In this document: in pieces, positions 20,185 to 30,320 of the stretch
Layout of the letters: each line of letters starts with the position of its first letter
Position numbering within the stretch: the first letter of the stretch is position 1
Origin: Candidatus Melainabacteria bacterium 17Bon1m
GTDB lineage: Bacteria; Cyanobacteriota; Vampirovibrionia; Obscuribacterales; Obscuribacteraceae
Direction: 5' to 3'
DNA: 64,000 nucleotides
Assembly (NCBI GenBank): GCA_032128875.1
Contig: JAVLKG010000003.1
Span: 577,008 to 641,007 of the forward strand
Made by a program: the position numbers and the translations under genes
The notes under the pieces: model-generated
Told to the model about the DNA's origin: nothing
Databases searched by the model: none
The model's input: only the letters and a program-made list of their open reading frames with translations

Positions 20185-23100
20185 ATGACGAATATCGAAG
20201 TATTCACCGGCCCATATCGCACCGGCAAGAGCGTAAAGCTGCTTGAGCGTTTGCTCGACTATTTGGAGACGAACCGCCCGGGCGAGGCACTTCTTGTTGT
20301 GCCGTCCCAGCGCTACAGAAAATTGATCACTGAGCGTTTGCTGGCGCTTGTCAAAAAGAGGCAGGCTGATGGTGCCGCAGAGCACAGGGACTTTCCCGGC
20401 GTTTTCGGTTTGAAAATCCTCTCTTTTTACAAATTGCTGGAGGAGATACTTCGCAAATTGGGCGTTTCTTTTCGCTTGATGCCCGAGCGAGTTCGACCAG
20501 TTTTGCTGCAGCAAATTTTGCTCAACATGAAAGCCGAAGGGACGCTGAAAGCGATCGATCCAATTGTTGAGTTCAACGGGACATCTCAACAGATTATTGA
20601 ACTAATTGATGAATTCGAACGTGCCGCTTTGTCGCCGGCTGACGTGATTTCGCGGTTGGAGAATAACGTCGATAGCGGTTCGAAGTATATGGAACTCGCT
20701 CGAATATATGAGCGCTACTGGTTGGAGCTGGAGCGGCTTGGATATGTGGATCAGCGTATCGTTTCGTTCAAGCTGCGCGAAAAGTTGACGTCCGAGAAGG
20801 ATTTGGACCTGAACCTCGGCTTTCTGGCTGTCGATGGTTTTGACCGATTCAATCCCCTGCAGTTGCAAGCTGTTCAACTGCTGGCACCATATTGCAAAAA
20901 GGTCGAGGTGTTATTCGACTATTTGCGCCCGGATGAGGACCCGAATAATGACTATCTGTGGAAAGACGATAGCTTTAAAGATTTGGAGAATATTCTCGCC
21001 GGCGACTTAATCATTAACTCGTCTGTCGCTCCGCCAGAGAATGTCGAGGCTCCCGAAATTCCTGTTCTGAAGCCGAAAAAGCGCCGTCAGGGAAGTAGTG
21101 ATAATGCCCTCCAGTTGAGCCTTTTCGCTATGGCTGATTCGCTTTTCATAAAGGCTCCGGGCGATGCGCCCATTGCTGGAGGTCGACCACAGCGAACCTA
21201 CACGGTAGAAAAATTCCGAGCAATGGATCGATATTTCGAAATGGATTTTATTGCGTCGCGAATTAAGCAACGATTGGTTTCTGATGGAATCGAGCCATCA
21301 GATATGCTTGTGGTCATTCGAGACTTAAACCAATACCGAACCGCAGTCCGCAGCGCTTTTGAAGGAGCGGGCATTCCTCATTATTTGGATGAGTCGATAG
21401 AACTTTTGTCCTTGCCTCTTGCGCAGTGGTATCAACAGTTGCTGTCGCTTTCAATCGATGAATATCCACGCGCCGCCACCATCAAGTTTTTGCGCAGTCC
21501 GTTTACTCGATTGTCGGCATTCGGTCTAACGCGCGAAGAAGTCGAGCTGTTGGATAAAAAATCAGCCAATGATTATGCAGTCGTGTCCGGGCGAAATCAG
21601 TGGGAAGACTGTGCGCGTTTGATTGGAACAGTCTCGCTGAAAACTGCGTTGGGCAAATTTCTCGATATGACGACGCCGCCTGCCGAAACCCGGTCACACG
21701 AAAAGTGGGTCGCTTGGGTTGAGGACCTTTTTGAAGAACTTTTCCTCGCTCCTGCTGACGATGAGAAAGACGATGAGATTCCGCTGAATCGATGGCAGCG
21801 AGAGACGACACTATCTGTAGTGCGCCAATCTTTGGCTCTTCTAATTAAAGAGTCGACGATTATCACCGGGCAGTCTTTCGTGTATAAAGAGTTTGTCCGC
21901 AAACTTGTTCATATGCTCGAGCAGTCCACTTTCCGCAGTCCGGGTGAAGGACAGAATCAAGTTCGTATTTGTAGCGCGGAATTGGCGCCCAACAAGACCT
22001 TTTCCGATATCTACTTGGCTGGTTTGGTAGAGGGCGAGTTTCCCCGCCGGGTTTCGCGTTCGGGTTTTGCCAGCCCCGAAGAAGTTAAAAAGTGGAGATT
22101 GTTTGGTGTCGATTTGCACAACCCCCGGCACCATGCGGGTTTTGAATCCGCCCTGTTCAACTCCTTGCTGGAGCGTTCGCGTGATCGCATTGTGATTACA
22201 TGCCCCACTACGGACATTGTTGATGGTGAAGAGCTTATCCCATCTTTCCTTTTGACGGGTGGCAAAGACGAAGGTGTTCGTTCTCTAACGGTCGTAGAAC
22301 CGTTCGCAAGCGCAAATAATCAGCCTGTTTCTGTTCGCGATCACGTTGCGAATAGGTTGTGGCGAAATCAGAATGAAGCCATGGTGGCGATGACGCACCC
22401 TGATGTTGCTGCGTATGCTGAGAAGATTTCTGCTCCAATAGCAATGCTAAAGGCTCGCGAAAGCGGTGCCTCGCATTTGGTTTATAACGGCTGGCTTACC
22501 GACCTGGTTTCCAGCGGTTCGCTCAAGATAAATATGCCGAAAGAATGGAGTCCTTCCAGACTTAACGACTATGGCAAATGTCCATTCAAGTATTGGACAA
22601 ATCATGTTTTAAAGGTCGAGCCGCATGAAGAGCCGACAAACGAAATTCTAGTAACGATTCTTGGGGAGGCGTATCACAAAGCGCTGGAGCTCTTCTACAT
22701 CGATTTGAAAAATCGCAAGCAGGCGCTTGTCGAGCTTGAAGATGACGATATTCGGCGGCTACTGGAAAGCGCCACCAAGAGCGCACTCATATCGATGAAC
22801 AGTTTGCACCAGGTGAAGCGTGGTGAGTTTGCGCAGTATGAAGACCAAGAGATAGCCTTCAGGTTGGTTCGATTTGTACTTGAGGAAAAACGGCGAGCAA
22901 TTAAAGATCAAGGTCGTTTTCAACCATCGCTTTTCGAGCATGGTTTTGGAACCGCGCGCACAGGCGAACAACTTTCACCTCCGCTCGTCATCAAGTCAGG
23001 CAATAAAGAAGTGAAAGTGGTCGGCGTCATCGACAGAATCGACGTCGCTGCAGATATGACTGCTTCTGGCAAACCGAAGGTGCGTGTAGTTGATTACAAG

Positions 23101-23493
23101 TCTGGCTCCACTCCGATTACCGAGCGCGATGCGCTAGAAGGACGTAATCTGCAGATGCCGATTTACGCGATGGCAATTTCGCAGTCGATTATGCCCGGGG
23201 CTGAAGTGGAAGTAGGACAATTTCTCAGCGTTTCCCAAGCAAGCTCCCTTGGGTCACTTGAATTTGTGAAGAAGCCGAAGAAGCCCAAAGAAGGCGAGCC
23301 TGAGGTTGTTGAGGCACCTTCTGAGAGCTTGCTCGAAAAATCAAAGAACTACATTGTTGATTATGTGACGCGCATAGGCAACGGAGACTTTGAAGTACGC
23401 CCGAACGGCGAAGTTTCGTGCCGTGGCTGTCAGCATTCAATGATCTGTCGAATCACCGAGTGCCGTGCTTCCGACGATGAGGATGCAGAGTGA
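20185..23493 (+). CDS. addB: AddB-like subunit: inactive helicase plus PD-(D/E)XK nuclease with Fe-S cysteines
   Basis: N-terminal TGPYRTGKS, WSPSRLNDYGKCPFKY, GVIDRID...VVDYKSG...LQMPIYA, CRGCQHSMIC; directly upstream of the addA-like gene. Confidence 0.8.
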   Translation: MTNIEVFTGPYRTGKSVKLLERLLDYLETNRPGEALLVVPSQRYRKLITERLLALVKKRQADGAAEHRDFPGVFGLKILSFYKLLEEILRKLGVSFRLMPERVRPVLLQQILLNMKAEGTLKAIDPIVEFNGTSQQIIELIDEFERAALSPADVISRLENNVDSGSKYMELARIYERYWLELERLGYVDQRIVSFKLREKLTSEKDLDLNLGFLAVDGFDRFNPLQLQAVQLLAPYCKKVEVLFDYLRPDEDPNNDYLWKDDSFKDLENILAGDLIINSSVAPPENVEAPEIPVLKPKKRRQGSSDNALQLSLFAMADSLFIKAPGDAPIAGGRPQRTYTVEKFRAMDRYFEMDFIASRIKQRLVSDGIEPSDMLVVIRDLNQYRTAVRSAFEGAGIPHYLDESIELLSLPLAQWYQQLLSLSIDEYPRAATIKFLRSPFTRLSAFGLTREEVELLDKKSANDYAVVSGRNQWEDCARLIGTVSLKTALGKFLDMTTPPAETRSHEKWVAWVEDLFEELFLAPADDEKDDEIPLNRWQRETTLSVVRQSLALLIKESTIITGQSFVYKEFVRKLVHMLEQSTFRSPGEGQNQVRICSAELAPNKTFSDIYLAGLVEGEFPRRVSRSGFASPEEVKKWRLFGVDLHNPRHHAGFESALFNSLLERSRDRIVITCPTTDIVDGEELIPSFLLTGGKDEGVRSLTVVEPFASANNQPVSVRDHVANRLWRNQNEAMVAMTHPDVAAYAEKISAPIAMLKARESGASHLVYNGWLTDLVSSGSLKINMPKEWSPSRLNDYGKCPFKYWTNHVLKVEPHEEPTNEILVTILGEAYHKALELFYIDLKNRKQALVELEDDDIRRLLESATKSALISMNSLHQVKRGEFAQYEDQEIAFRLVRFVLEEKRRAIKDQGRFQPSLFEHGFGTARTGEQLSPPLVIKSGNKEVKVVGVIDRIDVAADMTASGKPKVRVVDYKSGSTPITERDALEGRNLQMPIYAMAISQSIMPGAEVEVGQFLSVSQASSLGSLEFVKKPKKPKEGEPEVVEAPSESLLEKSKNYIVDYVTRIGNGDFEVRPNGEVSCRGCQHSMICRITECRASDDEDAE

Positions 23494-23515
23494 TGCGCAA
23501 TGAGAAGAGGTCGCA

Positions 23516-26500
23516 ATGTCTCAACTAACTGAACAGCAAAGAGAAGCTGTTTACAGCATCGACAAGAACGTCTTGGTGTCTGCTGGTGCAGGCTCCGGCA
23601 AAACGCACGTTTTGGTTGAGCGTTACATTGAAGTTTTGCGCAGCAATCCTGAGCTCACTGTCGCCGACATTGTCGCGGTTACGTTCACCAAGAAAGCCGC
23701 GAGCGAAATGCGCACAAGGCTGAAGGCTCGCTTTCAAGCCTTGAAAGACGAGAGTCAAGGGGAGGAAAGTCAGCGCTGGTTGTTGTGTGTCGCCGACATC
23801 GATTGTGCACGCATCGGCACGATTCACAGCTTGTGCGACAGCATACTCAAATCTTTCCCGGTCGAAGGGGGAGTCGATCCCAAGTTTGAAGTGCTCGATG
23901 ATATCGAGCGGGCCGAGCTGTGCGAAGACAGTATTAGCGAAGCTTTGCGAGAAGCGATCTCCAGTCGTGGAGTAGAGCACGATTTGCTCGATCTGTTTAG
24001 CATTGATGAAGTGAAAGGTTGGTTGCTGGATATTCTCAATTCGTCGCTTCAATTTAGTGAAGTCATCGACAAGATGGGTGACACTAGCGACGAGGCAATG
24101 AAAGAGCGCTTTGAGAAACTACTACTCTGGGCGCGCAAACGAGCGATTTGTCAGATTGTGTCCGATTCGCAGTGGAGCGTGGCGCTCGCATATGTCTTGG
24201 AAAACCCGTGGAAGCCCGGTACCGATCTCGAAGACATTCGCCAAGCTTATGCCGCCTTGGCAGAGGGAATTGATCGCGCTTCGCTGCTGGAAACAGTGAC
24301 CGAAGAGTCCTGGTCGTATGTGTACGGTTTGTTCGAGCATCCGTCACCTGGCAATAAGGGTGGCAAAGATGCAATGGACCTTCGCCACAGAATGAAGGAT
24401 TTGAAAAACGCCGTAGACAAAGCCGTGAAGAAGGTTCCCACCGGCTTGAAGGAAAGTGATACCGAAGCCTTTCACTTGATTCGCGCGTTTGTCTCTATGG
24501 CGAAGCGAACCATCGAGATTTATGAGCGCAAGAAGAAAATTGTTCACAAGCTCGACTATGACGATTTGATTCGCTACACGTTTGATGCTTTGAATCAACC
24601 CGGCTCCCCGGCGCGCCAGCATTTTAACGATTCGTTGCGAGCGATTCTCGTAGACGAGTTTCAAGATACGAATGCTACTCAAGCTCGTTTGGTCGCTTCG
24701 TTGGCGGGTGAGAAAACCAGATTATTCCTCATCGGTGATGATAAGCAATCAATATATAAGTTCCAGGGTGCGGATGTTTCTAATTTCAATGAGTGGAAGA
24801 ACGCTCTGAATGGAACACCTAGTAGTGTGTGCATTGATTTCTTGCAAGGCGAGAAAAATGTCATTCCGTTGAACAAGTCATTTCGAAGTCATCCTGACCT
24901 CGTGCATGGCGTGAATGCCATATTTGCTGACCTTCTCGATCCTGGCGCCGATCCTCAAATCTACCGTGCGTCATTCGAGAGTTTAAACCCCCATAGAGAA
25001 CGCATAGTCGATACGGAAAGGACGGAAGTTCTTTATTTTGATTCATCGATAACAGAGAATGTCGAGCAGAAGAAGGCATTCGAGACTGAGTTGATCTGTC
25101 AGTGGATTGAAGAGAAAGTTCGTCTTCAAATGCCAATACAGCTCAAGGATGGCTCTGCTTCGAGACCCGCGAAGTTTGGTGACTTTGCAATTTTGGTTCA
25201 GAAGAATGACCACTTCGCGTCTCTGGAAGAGTCCCTGACACGACATGCGATACCCTTCGTGACGCTCGGTGGAAAGAGCTTTTTGATGCGCCAAGAAGTT
25301 TTCGACATTGAAAATCTCTTGCGTTTTCTCGACAACGAATTTGACAGCCACTCTTTACTGGGAGCGCTACGTTCGCCGCTCTTCTCAATCACTGATGACA
25401 TCATTCATCAGTTGGTCACAGACGAGGGCAACCCGCGCAATCCAAACATCTGGGAATTGCTCTGCCGAGTTTCCGATCAGAAAAAGCCTGGATTTGAGGT
25501 TTGTCGTCAGGCTGTTGCCCATCTTAGAAAGCTGAAAGAGAGCGCACAACTTAGAACGCTTGGCGAACTCATTCGCGAAATTCTGACATTGACAGACTAC
25601 GATACGGTTCTGCTTTCATCGAAAAACGGTCGTCAAAGATCAAGGAATGTTTGGAAGCTTGTTCAGCTTGCGACCGCGAATGAAAGCCTGTCTCCGGGCG
25701 ACTTTGCGCGTCGACTTTCTTTGATGCGCGAGCATAGAGTAAAACAAGCCGATGCGCCTTTGCAAACCGATGATGTGGTGAAATTGATGACAATTCACGC
25801 ATCGAAAGGGCTGGAATTTCCGGTCGTGATTCTGCCATTCCTTTCTTCTAAAATTGATCCGCGCTACAAGAAATTGCTTTTCCATAAACAATATGGAATC
25901 GCCTTAAACACTGATCGCAGCGTGTCCGCCAGTAAAGACAAAGATCAAAATACGCCGTCATGGTTTCAACTTGTGAAGCTTGTAGACACAGACATGGAAG
26001 CCGAGGAGAAAAAGCGTCTTCTGTACGTAGCGATGACTCGTCCGCGCGACTACCTTGCACTTTTTATTGATTCAAATCAAACTGCTAAGTTCAACTCCTT
26101 CTCTACTTGGTTGTACGACCACCTGGTCCCGGCTGACTATGCGGGAGATGAGAGAGTCACTTTTGACCTGTCTGACGGTTCAAAAGTTGCACTGCGTCGA
26201 TATGAGCCTGTTCCGAAGCTTCCGGCGGAAGTCGAATCGCTTGCCCTCATTGAAGAACTGGACGAGGCAAAGAAAGTTCTCAAGCTCGATCTTATCGAGC
26301 CCATCTTAGATTCGGAAGCAACTCTGCGTGCACCGACAAGCCGCAGAATCACTCCCGGCAAGCATGGCGTTCAGTTAGATGCGCGTCTGGTCGGTACATA
26401 TTTCCACTCCTTAATGGAACATATGTTGGTTCGGCTTGAAAAACCGCAGCGCTGGCTGTTTGAGGAAGTGGCTTTGTCGCAAGGTGATTGGGCTAGTCAC

Positions 26501-26881
26501 CCTGATGTCGTTGAGCATTTAGTTCGGCAGGGCGAACGCTGGATCGACAAATTCTACGACAGCGATTTGTTCCTTCTGATGAAGAATGCACGTCGTCGCT
26601 TACATGAAATTCCGTACTTCAGCTATGTTGATGAAGGGCTTGAGGACAAACGTCCCGACTTGCTGATTGAAGATAAAGATGGCGAGTGGCATTTGGTCGA
26701 CTATAAGATCGACAGCTTTCCGATCGCAAACCTTGATGCTCAGGCTGCAGAACACTTACCGCAAATGCTTGGATATGTTCGCGATTTGAGATCCATCACT
26801 GGTATTAATTGCACCGCGCATCTGTTTTTCGCGAATCATGGTCTGCTTCATAAGCTGAAAGCTGAAGTGCTATCGACTTGA
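23516..26881 (+). CDS. addA: AddA-like UvrD-family helicase/nuclease
   Basis: VSAGAGSGKT, VTFTKKAASEM, ILVDEFQDTN, IGDDKQSIYKFQGAD, MTIHASKGLEFP, RLLYVAMTR, C-terminal PDLL...LVDYK. Confidence 0.88.
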   Translation: MSQLTEQQREAVYSIDKNVLVSAGAGSGKTHVLVERYIEVLRSNPELTVADIVAVTFTKKAASEMRTRLKARFQALKDESQGEESQRWLLCVADIDCARIGTIHSLCDSILKSFPVEGGVDPKFEVLDDIERAELCEDSISEALREAISSRGVEHDLLDLFSIDEVKGWLLDILNSSLQFSEVIDKMGDTSDEAMKERFEKLLLWARKRAICQIVSDSQWSVALAYVLENPWKPGTDLEDIRQAYAALAEGIDRASLLETVTEESWSYVYGLFEHPSPGNKGGKDAMDLRHRMKDLKNAVDKAVKKVPTGLKESDTEAFHLIRAFVSMAKRTIEIYERKKKIVHKLDYDDLIRYTFDALNQPGSPARQHFNDSLRAILVDEFQDTNATQARLVASLAGEKTRLFLIGDDKQSIYKFQGADVSNFNEWKNALNGTPSSVCIDFLQGEKNVIPLNKSFRSHPDLVHGVNAIFADLLDPGADPQIYRASFESLNPHRERIVDTERTEVLYFDSSITENVEQKKAFETELICQWIEEKVRLQMPIQLKDGSASRPAKFGDFAILVQKNDHFASLEESLTRHAIPFVTLGGKSFLMRQEVFDIENLLRFLDNEFDSHSLLGALRSPLFSITDDIIHQLVTDEGNPRNPNIWELLCRVSDQKKPGFEVCRQAVAHLRKLKESAQLRTLGELIREILTLTDYDTVLLSSKNGRQRSRNVWKLVQLATANESLSPGDFARRLSLMREHRVKQADAPLQTDDVVKLMTIHASKGLEFPVVILPFLSSKIDPRYKKLLFHKQYGIALNTDRSVSASKDKDQNTPSWFQLVKLVDTDMEAEEKKRLLYVAMTRPRDYLALFIDSNQTAKFNSFSTWLYDHLVPADYAGDERVTFDLSDGSKVALRRYEPVPKLPAEVESLALIEELDEAKKVLKLDLIEPILDSEATLRAPTSRRITPGKHGVQLDARLVGTYFHSLMEHMLVRLEKPQRWLFEEVALSQGDWASHPDVVEHLVRQGERWIDKFYDSDLFLLMKNARRRLHEIPYFSYVDEGLEDKRPDLLIEDKDGEWHLVDYKIDSFPIANLDAQAAEHLPQMLGYVRDLRSITGINCTAHLFFANHGLLHKLKAEVLST

Positions 26882-27093
26882 GCTTGCCTTGGTTGAAAAT
26901 GTTCGTTTGCGTTCAAGCTATGGCTGCTGTCTCTTAAAGCCTTCTTAACCCTTACAGGCGAGAATTAGCCTCAGGTAGCTAACAACACAGAACTCGGCAA
27001 AAGGGTGGTATCTAGCTCTTTGTCGAGGCACCTTGCTTTTGCGTTGACAGTGTCGAGCGCAATTCCAATTAAACACATCCGAATTGAGGACTC

Positions 27094-27867
27094 GTGTCAA
27101 TGGACAAGAACCTCGTTAGAGTTTGTACGGCTTCTTTCCTTTTACTATGTTCTATCTTCGTTGTTCCGCAAGCTGTGAATGCTGAGATTGTCGATCGAGA
27201 CAATGGCTATTGGGCGCCCATTATGCTAAGAGCGCCAATTTACAAAAAGTGGCAAGCCTCGCTCGAGTACCAACCGCGCTGGCAACAGGCTGCGGATAAG
27301 CATCTGACAGAGTCAGTTGTAAGATTAGGTGCTGGCTATGAGTTCAATAAAAAACTGTCTGTGTTTGGAGGAGCATATATAAGCTCTCACTTTAACGAAG
27401 AGCTTGATTGGGAAAATCGTCTCTGGGAACAAGCGACTTATACATCGATGATCGGGCGCTTTTCGTTGCAGAACAGACTTCGATTGGAGCAAATTCAAAA
27501 AGAAGAGTTCGAAAGGAGCTCGTGGCGCTTGCGTCATCAGTTGCGGATCACCACTCCTTTTCCAAAGTTCAAAAATTGGTATCTCGTAGCATCTGAAGAA
27601 CCATTTTTCAATTTGAATTCTGCAGAAAATGGGCCAAGGCAAGGTTTCAATCAGAACAGGTTGTACTTCGGAATTGGGCGACAGATCAATCGATGTACAA
27701 GAATTGAAGTTGGATATTTGCATCAATATAAAAACAACCGCGGCAAACCCGACCTCTCGAACAACCTGATATTGACTAGCTTGACCATAGACTTGAATGC
27801 GTTGAAGCGGCAGCCCAAACCTTGCAATACCAAGCTGGCTACACTTCCTGTCGTGCGAAATCCATGA
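27094..27867 (+). CDS. DUF2490-like outer-membrane beta-barrel protein
   Basis: Signal peptide; ENRLWEQ, NRLRLEQ, WRLRHQL, EPFFNLN, FNQNRLYFGIG, IEVGYLHQY. Confidence 0.75.
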   Translation: MSMDKNLVRVCTASFLLLCSIFVVPQAVNAEIVDRDNGYWAPIMLRAPIYKKWQASLEYQPRWQQAADKHLTESVVRLGAGYEFNKKLSVFGGAYISSHFNEELDWENRLWEQATYTSMIGRFSLQNRLRLEQIQKEEFERSSWRLRHQLRITTPFPKFKNWYLVASEEPFFNLNSAENGPRQGFNQNRLYFGIGRQINRCTRIEVGYLHQYKNNRGKPDLSNNLILTSLTIDLNALKRQPKPCNTKLATLPVVRNP

Positions 27868-27887
27868 GAAGAACCCTTGAATTACTT

Positions 27888-28595
27888 TTATGGCTCGTAT
27901 GTTCGTGGATAAATCAGCGAGTCGCGCAGAATTTCGCTAAGTGAGCGAGGCAACTTATTTGGAAGATGCTGCTTTCCAGAACCTTCCTTGTTGTTTAAAA
28001 ACTCACTATTTCTTGGTCCGATGTTGATTACACCGTCTTTGATAATTACCGGTGGTAGGTTTGAACTGTTCTCGCTTGGCGTATTTGCGCGCTTCCGCGG
28101 CATCGTCGGAATGTCGCTAAGACCTGAGCCACTGCCTATTCCATTTGCGATGGTATCTGCAATTGTTCGTCCTACAATGACGCCAGCCTCGTAGCCGCTG
28201 GAGTGACTTCTTCCTGCAGCGCTGGCTCCTTCGATCGCCGCTTTTCCTGCAGCGCTGGCTCCTTCGATCGCCGCTTTTCCTGCAGCGCTGGCTCCTTCGA
28301 TGGCTGCTTTTCCTGCGGCGCTAGCTCCTTCGATGGCTGCTTTTCCTGTAGCGCTGGCTCCTTCGATGGCAGATCTGCGCGCTGTAGCTCCTGCTCCAGA
28401 CGCAATGGCACCGCCAATAATGGAGCCCGCGATGGCTCCACCCGCGCTGCTCTCTTGCGCAACAACTTGCCTGCTCGCGTTCAACATAATATCGAGTGCT
28501 TGATTGGCCAGCTTGTGGTCTAAATCAGCTGTTTTTCCAGCAGCGCTGTTAATTTCAGTACTACTGCCGGGGTGTTCAAATTGCCTATGGCTCAC
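27888..28595 (-). CDS. Hypothetical Ala/Gly-rich repeat protein
   Basis: 235-aa ORF with GGGAG SD before GTG; (AIEGASAAGKA)n repeat. Confidence 0.65.
   Translation of the reverse strand: MSHRQFEHPGSSTEINSAAGKTADLDHKLANQALDIMLNASRQVVAQESSAGGAIAGSIIGGAIASGAGATARRSAIEGASATGKAAIEGASAAGKAAIEGASAAGKAAIEGASAAGKAAIEGASAAGRSHSSGYEAGVIVGRTIADTIANGIGSGSGLSDIPTMPRKRANTPSENSSNLPPVIIKDGVINIGPRNSEFLNNKEGSGKQHLPNKLPRSLSEILRDSLIYPRTYEP
28211..28370. repeat. 33-bp coding tandem repeat, ~4.8 copies
   Basis: Unit TTCCTGCAGCGCTGGCTCCTTCGATCGCCGCTT with a few substitutions per copy. Confidence 0.9.
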
Positions 28596-28717
28596 GATGC
28601 ATCTCCCTGTCGTGCGACTGCGCTCGTGTGTGAAGGGGGAGATTAAGCGTGTATATTCGGCTCTGCGAAACTTTGGACGCTCGGAAGATTAATTCGATTG
28701 AGAAGGTCCAGAAGTGG

Positions 28718-29494
28718 CTATGCTACCAGGGCTTGAAACTTATTCCAGTAAAAATTCAGTCTTCGAGCGATGCGGTGGCGAGTCTTCTTGGCCTTTTGGC
28801 GCGCAATTTTGATGCAATCGAAACCGTTGATTCTTGGCAGATTAGAACATCCCATTGCTGCCTCGGAGGGAAGAGTATCTATGACGGGATTTCTCCAATG
28901 AGTAATAACTGTGCGATCAAACTCAATTCCAATTACGATGTGATCCCGAATGTATTCATCGGCATCACGTCCGCGCAAACCAGCTTTCCATGCATCGACG
29001 CCAATTTTTCTTCCTACTTTGTTATTTGATAAGTCCCGATGTCTATCGCGTAAATCGCGCTCTGATACTCCGTTTCTATCAAGCAGCCATTCAGTGAATT
29101 CATTGGCTACGAATAGTTTGTCCGAAAGGTAGTCTCCCAGCTCGTAGGCTGCAAGCGCAGAACCATAGCTGTGCTGGAAACCATTAATCTTGTCACGCCA
29201 AACAGGAAAGCTGAGCGTTTTGTAGTTTTGCACGAAAGTCTGTGCAAAATAGGAATCAATTGTCGGTGGCAAATTGAATTGTTTGTCGGATTTGAAAACG
29301 TGAAGCATCAAATCTTTTCCCATTACTTCATGCTCTGCTAATGACACGCGCACCAGAATAGACAAGACGTAGCCGCCTAGTATTGTGCCGCTCAGAATCA
29401 TCAAACAGAGTGCAGAACTAGCAATCCTTACTTGATTTGGAGTTAGTAATCTCTTGTATTGCTGGAGCGACTTCAACTTCGGAATTGATTTCAT
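28718..29494 (-). CDS. Membrane-anchored hypothetical protein, DUF6973-like motif set
   Basis: One TM helix; NGFQHSYGSA...ANEF...RDLSNNKVGRKIG resembles the (D/N)AFRH...HE...DLxNNxxGR pattern. Confidence 0.6.
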   Translation of the reverse strand: MKSIPKLKSLQQYKRLLTPNQVRIASSALCLMILSGTILGGYVLSILVRVSLAEHEVMGKDLMLHVFKSDKQFNLPPTIDSYFAQTFVQNYKTLSFPVWRDKINGFQHSYGSALAAYELGDYLSDKLFVANEFTEWLLDRNGVSERDLRDRHRDLSNNKVGRKIGVDAWKAGLRGRDADEYIRDHIVIGIEFDRTVITHWRNPVIDTLPSEAAMGCSNLPRINGFDCIKIARQKAKKTRHRIARRLNFYWNKFQALVA

Positions 29495-29612
29495 GTTTCC
29501 AACCTCATGGAAGCCATGCTAGCAATTCATCACATTAATTGGATTAATCAAAGTTACTTTGTCTTGCGGAACATCCGTAGAAAATTGACGTCGGGTCGAA
29601 GTTCGCCAGGCG

Positions 29613-30311
29613 CTAATCAACCTTCAGTCGATAACCCACGCCTGGTTCTGTAATCAGATATTTCGGTTGCGCAGGGTTTTTCTCCAGCTTGCGCCGCAAT
29701 TGCGCCATGTACACGCGCAGGTAGTGTGTTTCCCCTGAATATTCCGCACCCCATGCTTCGCGCAGCAAATGATTGTGAGTGACCACGCGTCCAGCGTATT
29801 TGATCAATGTAGAGAGTAGTTTGTATTCGATTGGCGTGAGATGCAGCTCTTCGCCATTTCGTGAGACCTGTCGTTTTATGAAGTCTACTTCCACGTCTCC
29901 GAACTTGAATGTCGATTGCGTTTCTCCGTTGGAATTAGTCATGGTTCTGCGCAGAGCTACGCGCGCTCTGGCCATCAACTCAGCAACTCCAAATGGTTTC
30001 GTCAAATAGTCATCCGCGCCCGCATCAAGCGCTTCCACTTTGTCCTTCTCTTGGCCGCGTGCAGACAATACGATGATTGGAATGGGTGTCCACTCTCTCA
30101 GTTGTTTTGTGACTTCTAGCCCATCCATGTCTGGCAATCCAAGGTCGAGAATGACGATATCCGGCTTTTCCGAAGCGACTTTGAGCATGCCTTCCTGCCC
30201 AGAAATTGCTTCCGAGAAATCGTATCCCTGACTCGTCAGTGTCATCTTGAGAAAGCGCCTGATTGGTGCCTCATCTTCTATTACTAATACCGAGACTTTT
30301 GACTTTGACAT
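29613..30311 (-). CDS. kdpE: KdpE-family response regulator
   Basis: ILDLGLPDMDG, LREWT..PIIVLSAR, GADDYLTKPFG, HLTPIEYKLL, HYLRVYMAQLRRKLE, LITEPGVGYR. Confidence 0.9.
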   Translation of the reverse strand: MSKSKVSVLVIEDEAPIRRFLKMTLTSQGYDFSEAISGQEGMLKVASEKPDIVILDLGLPDMDGLEVTKQLREWTPIPIIVLSARGQEKDKVEALDAGADDYLTKPFGVAELMARARVALRRTMTNSNGETQSTFKFGDVEVDFIKRQVSRNGEELHLTPIEYKLLSTLIKYAGRVVTHNHLLREAWGAEYSGETHYLRVYMAQLRRKLEKNPAQPKYLITEPGVGYRLKVD

Positions 30312-30320
30312 GATTGCCTC

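Noticed and set aside
26933-27035. Pho-box-like CTTAA repeats and a hairpin containing AGGGTGGTA upstream of the DUF2490 gene
   Set aside because: Only two half-sites, and no complete T-box or recognisable riboswitch.
28211-28370. CRISPR array
   Set aside because: The repeats are contiguous with no spacers and are in-frame coding; no cas genes are in the window.
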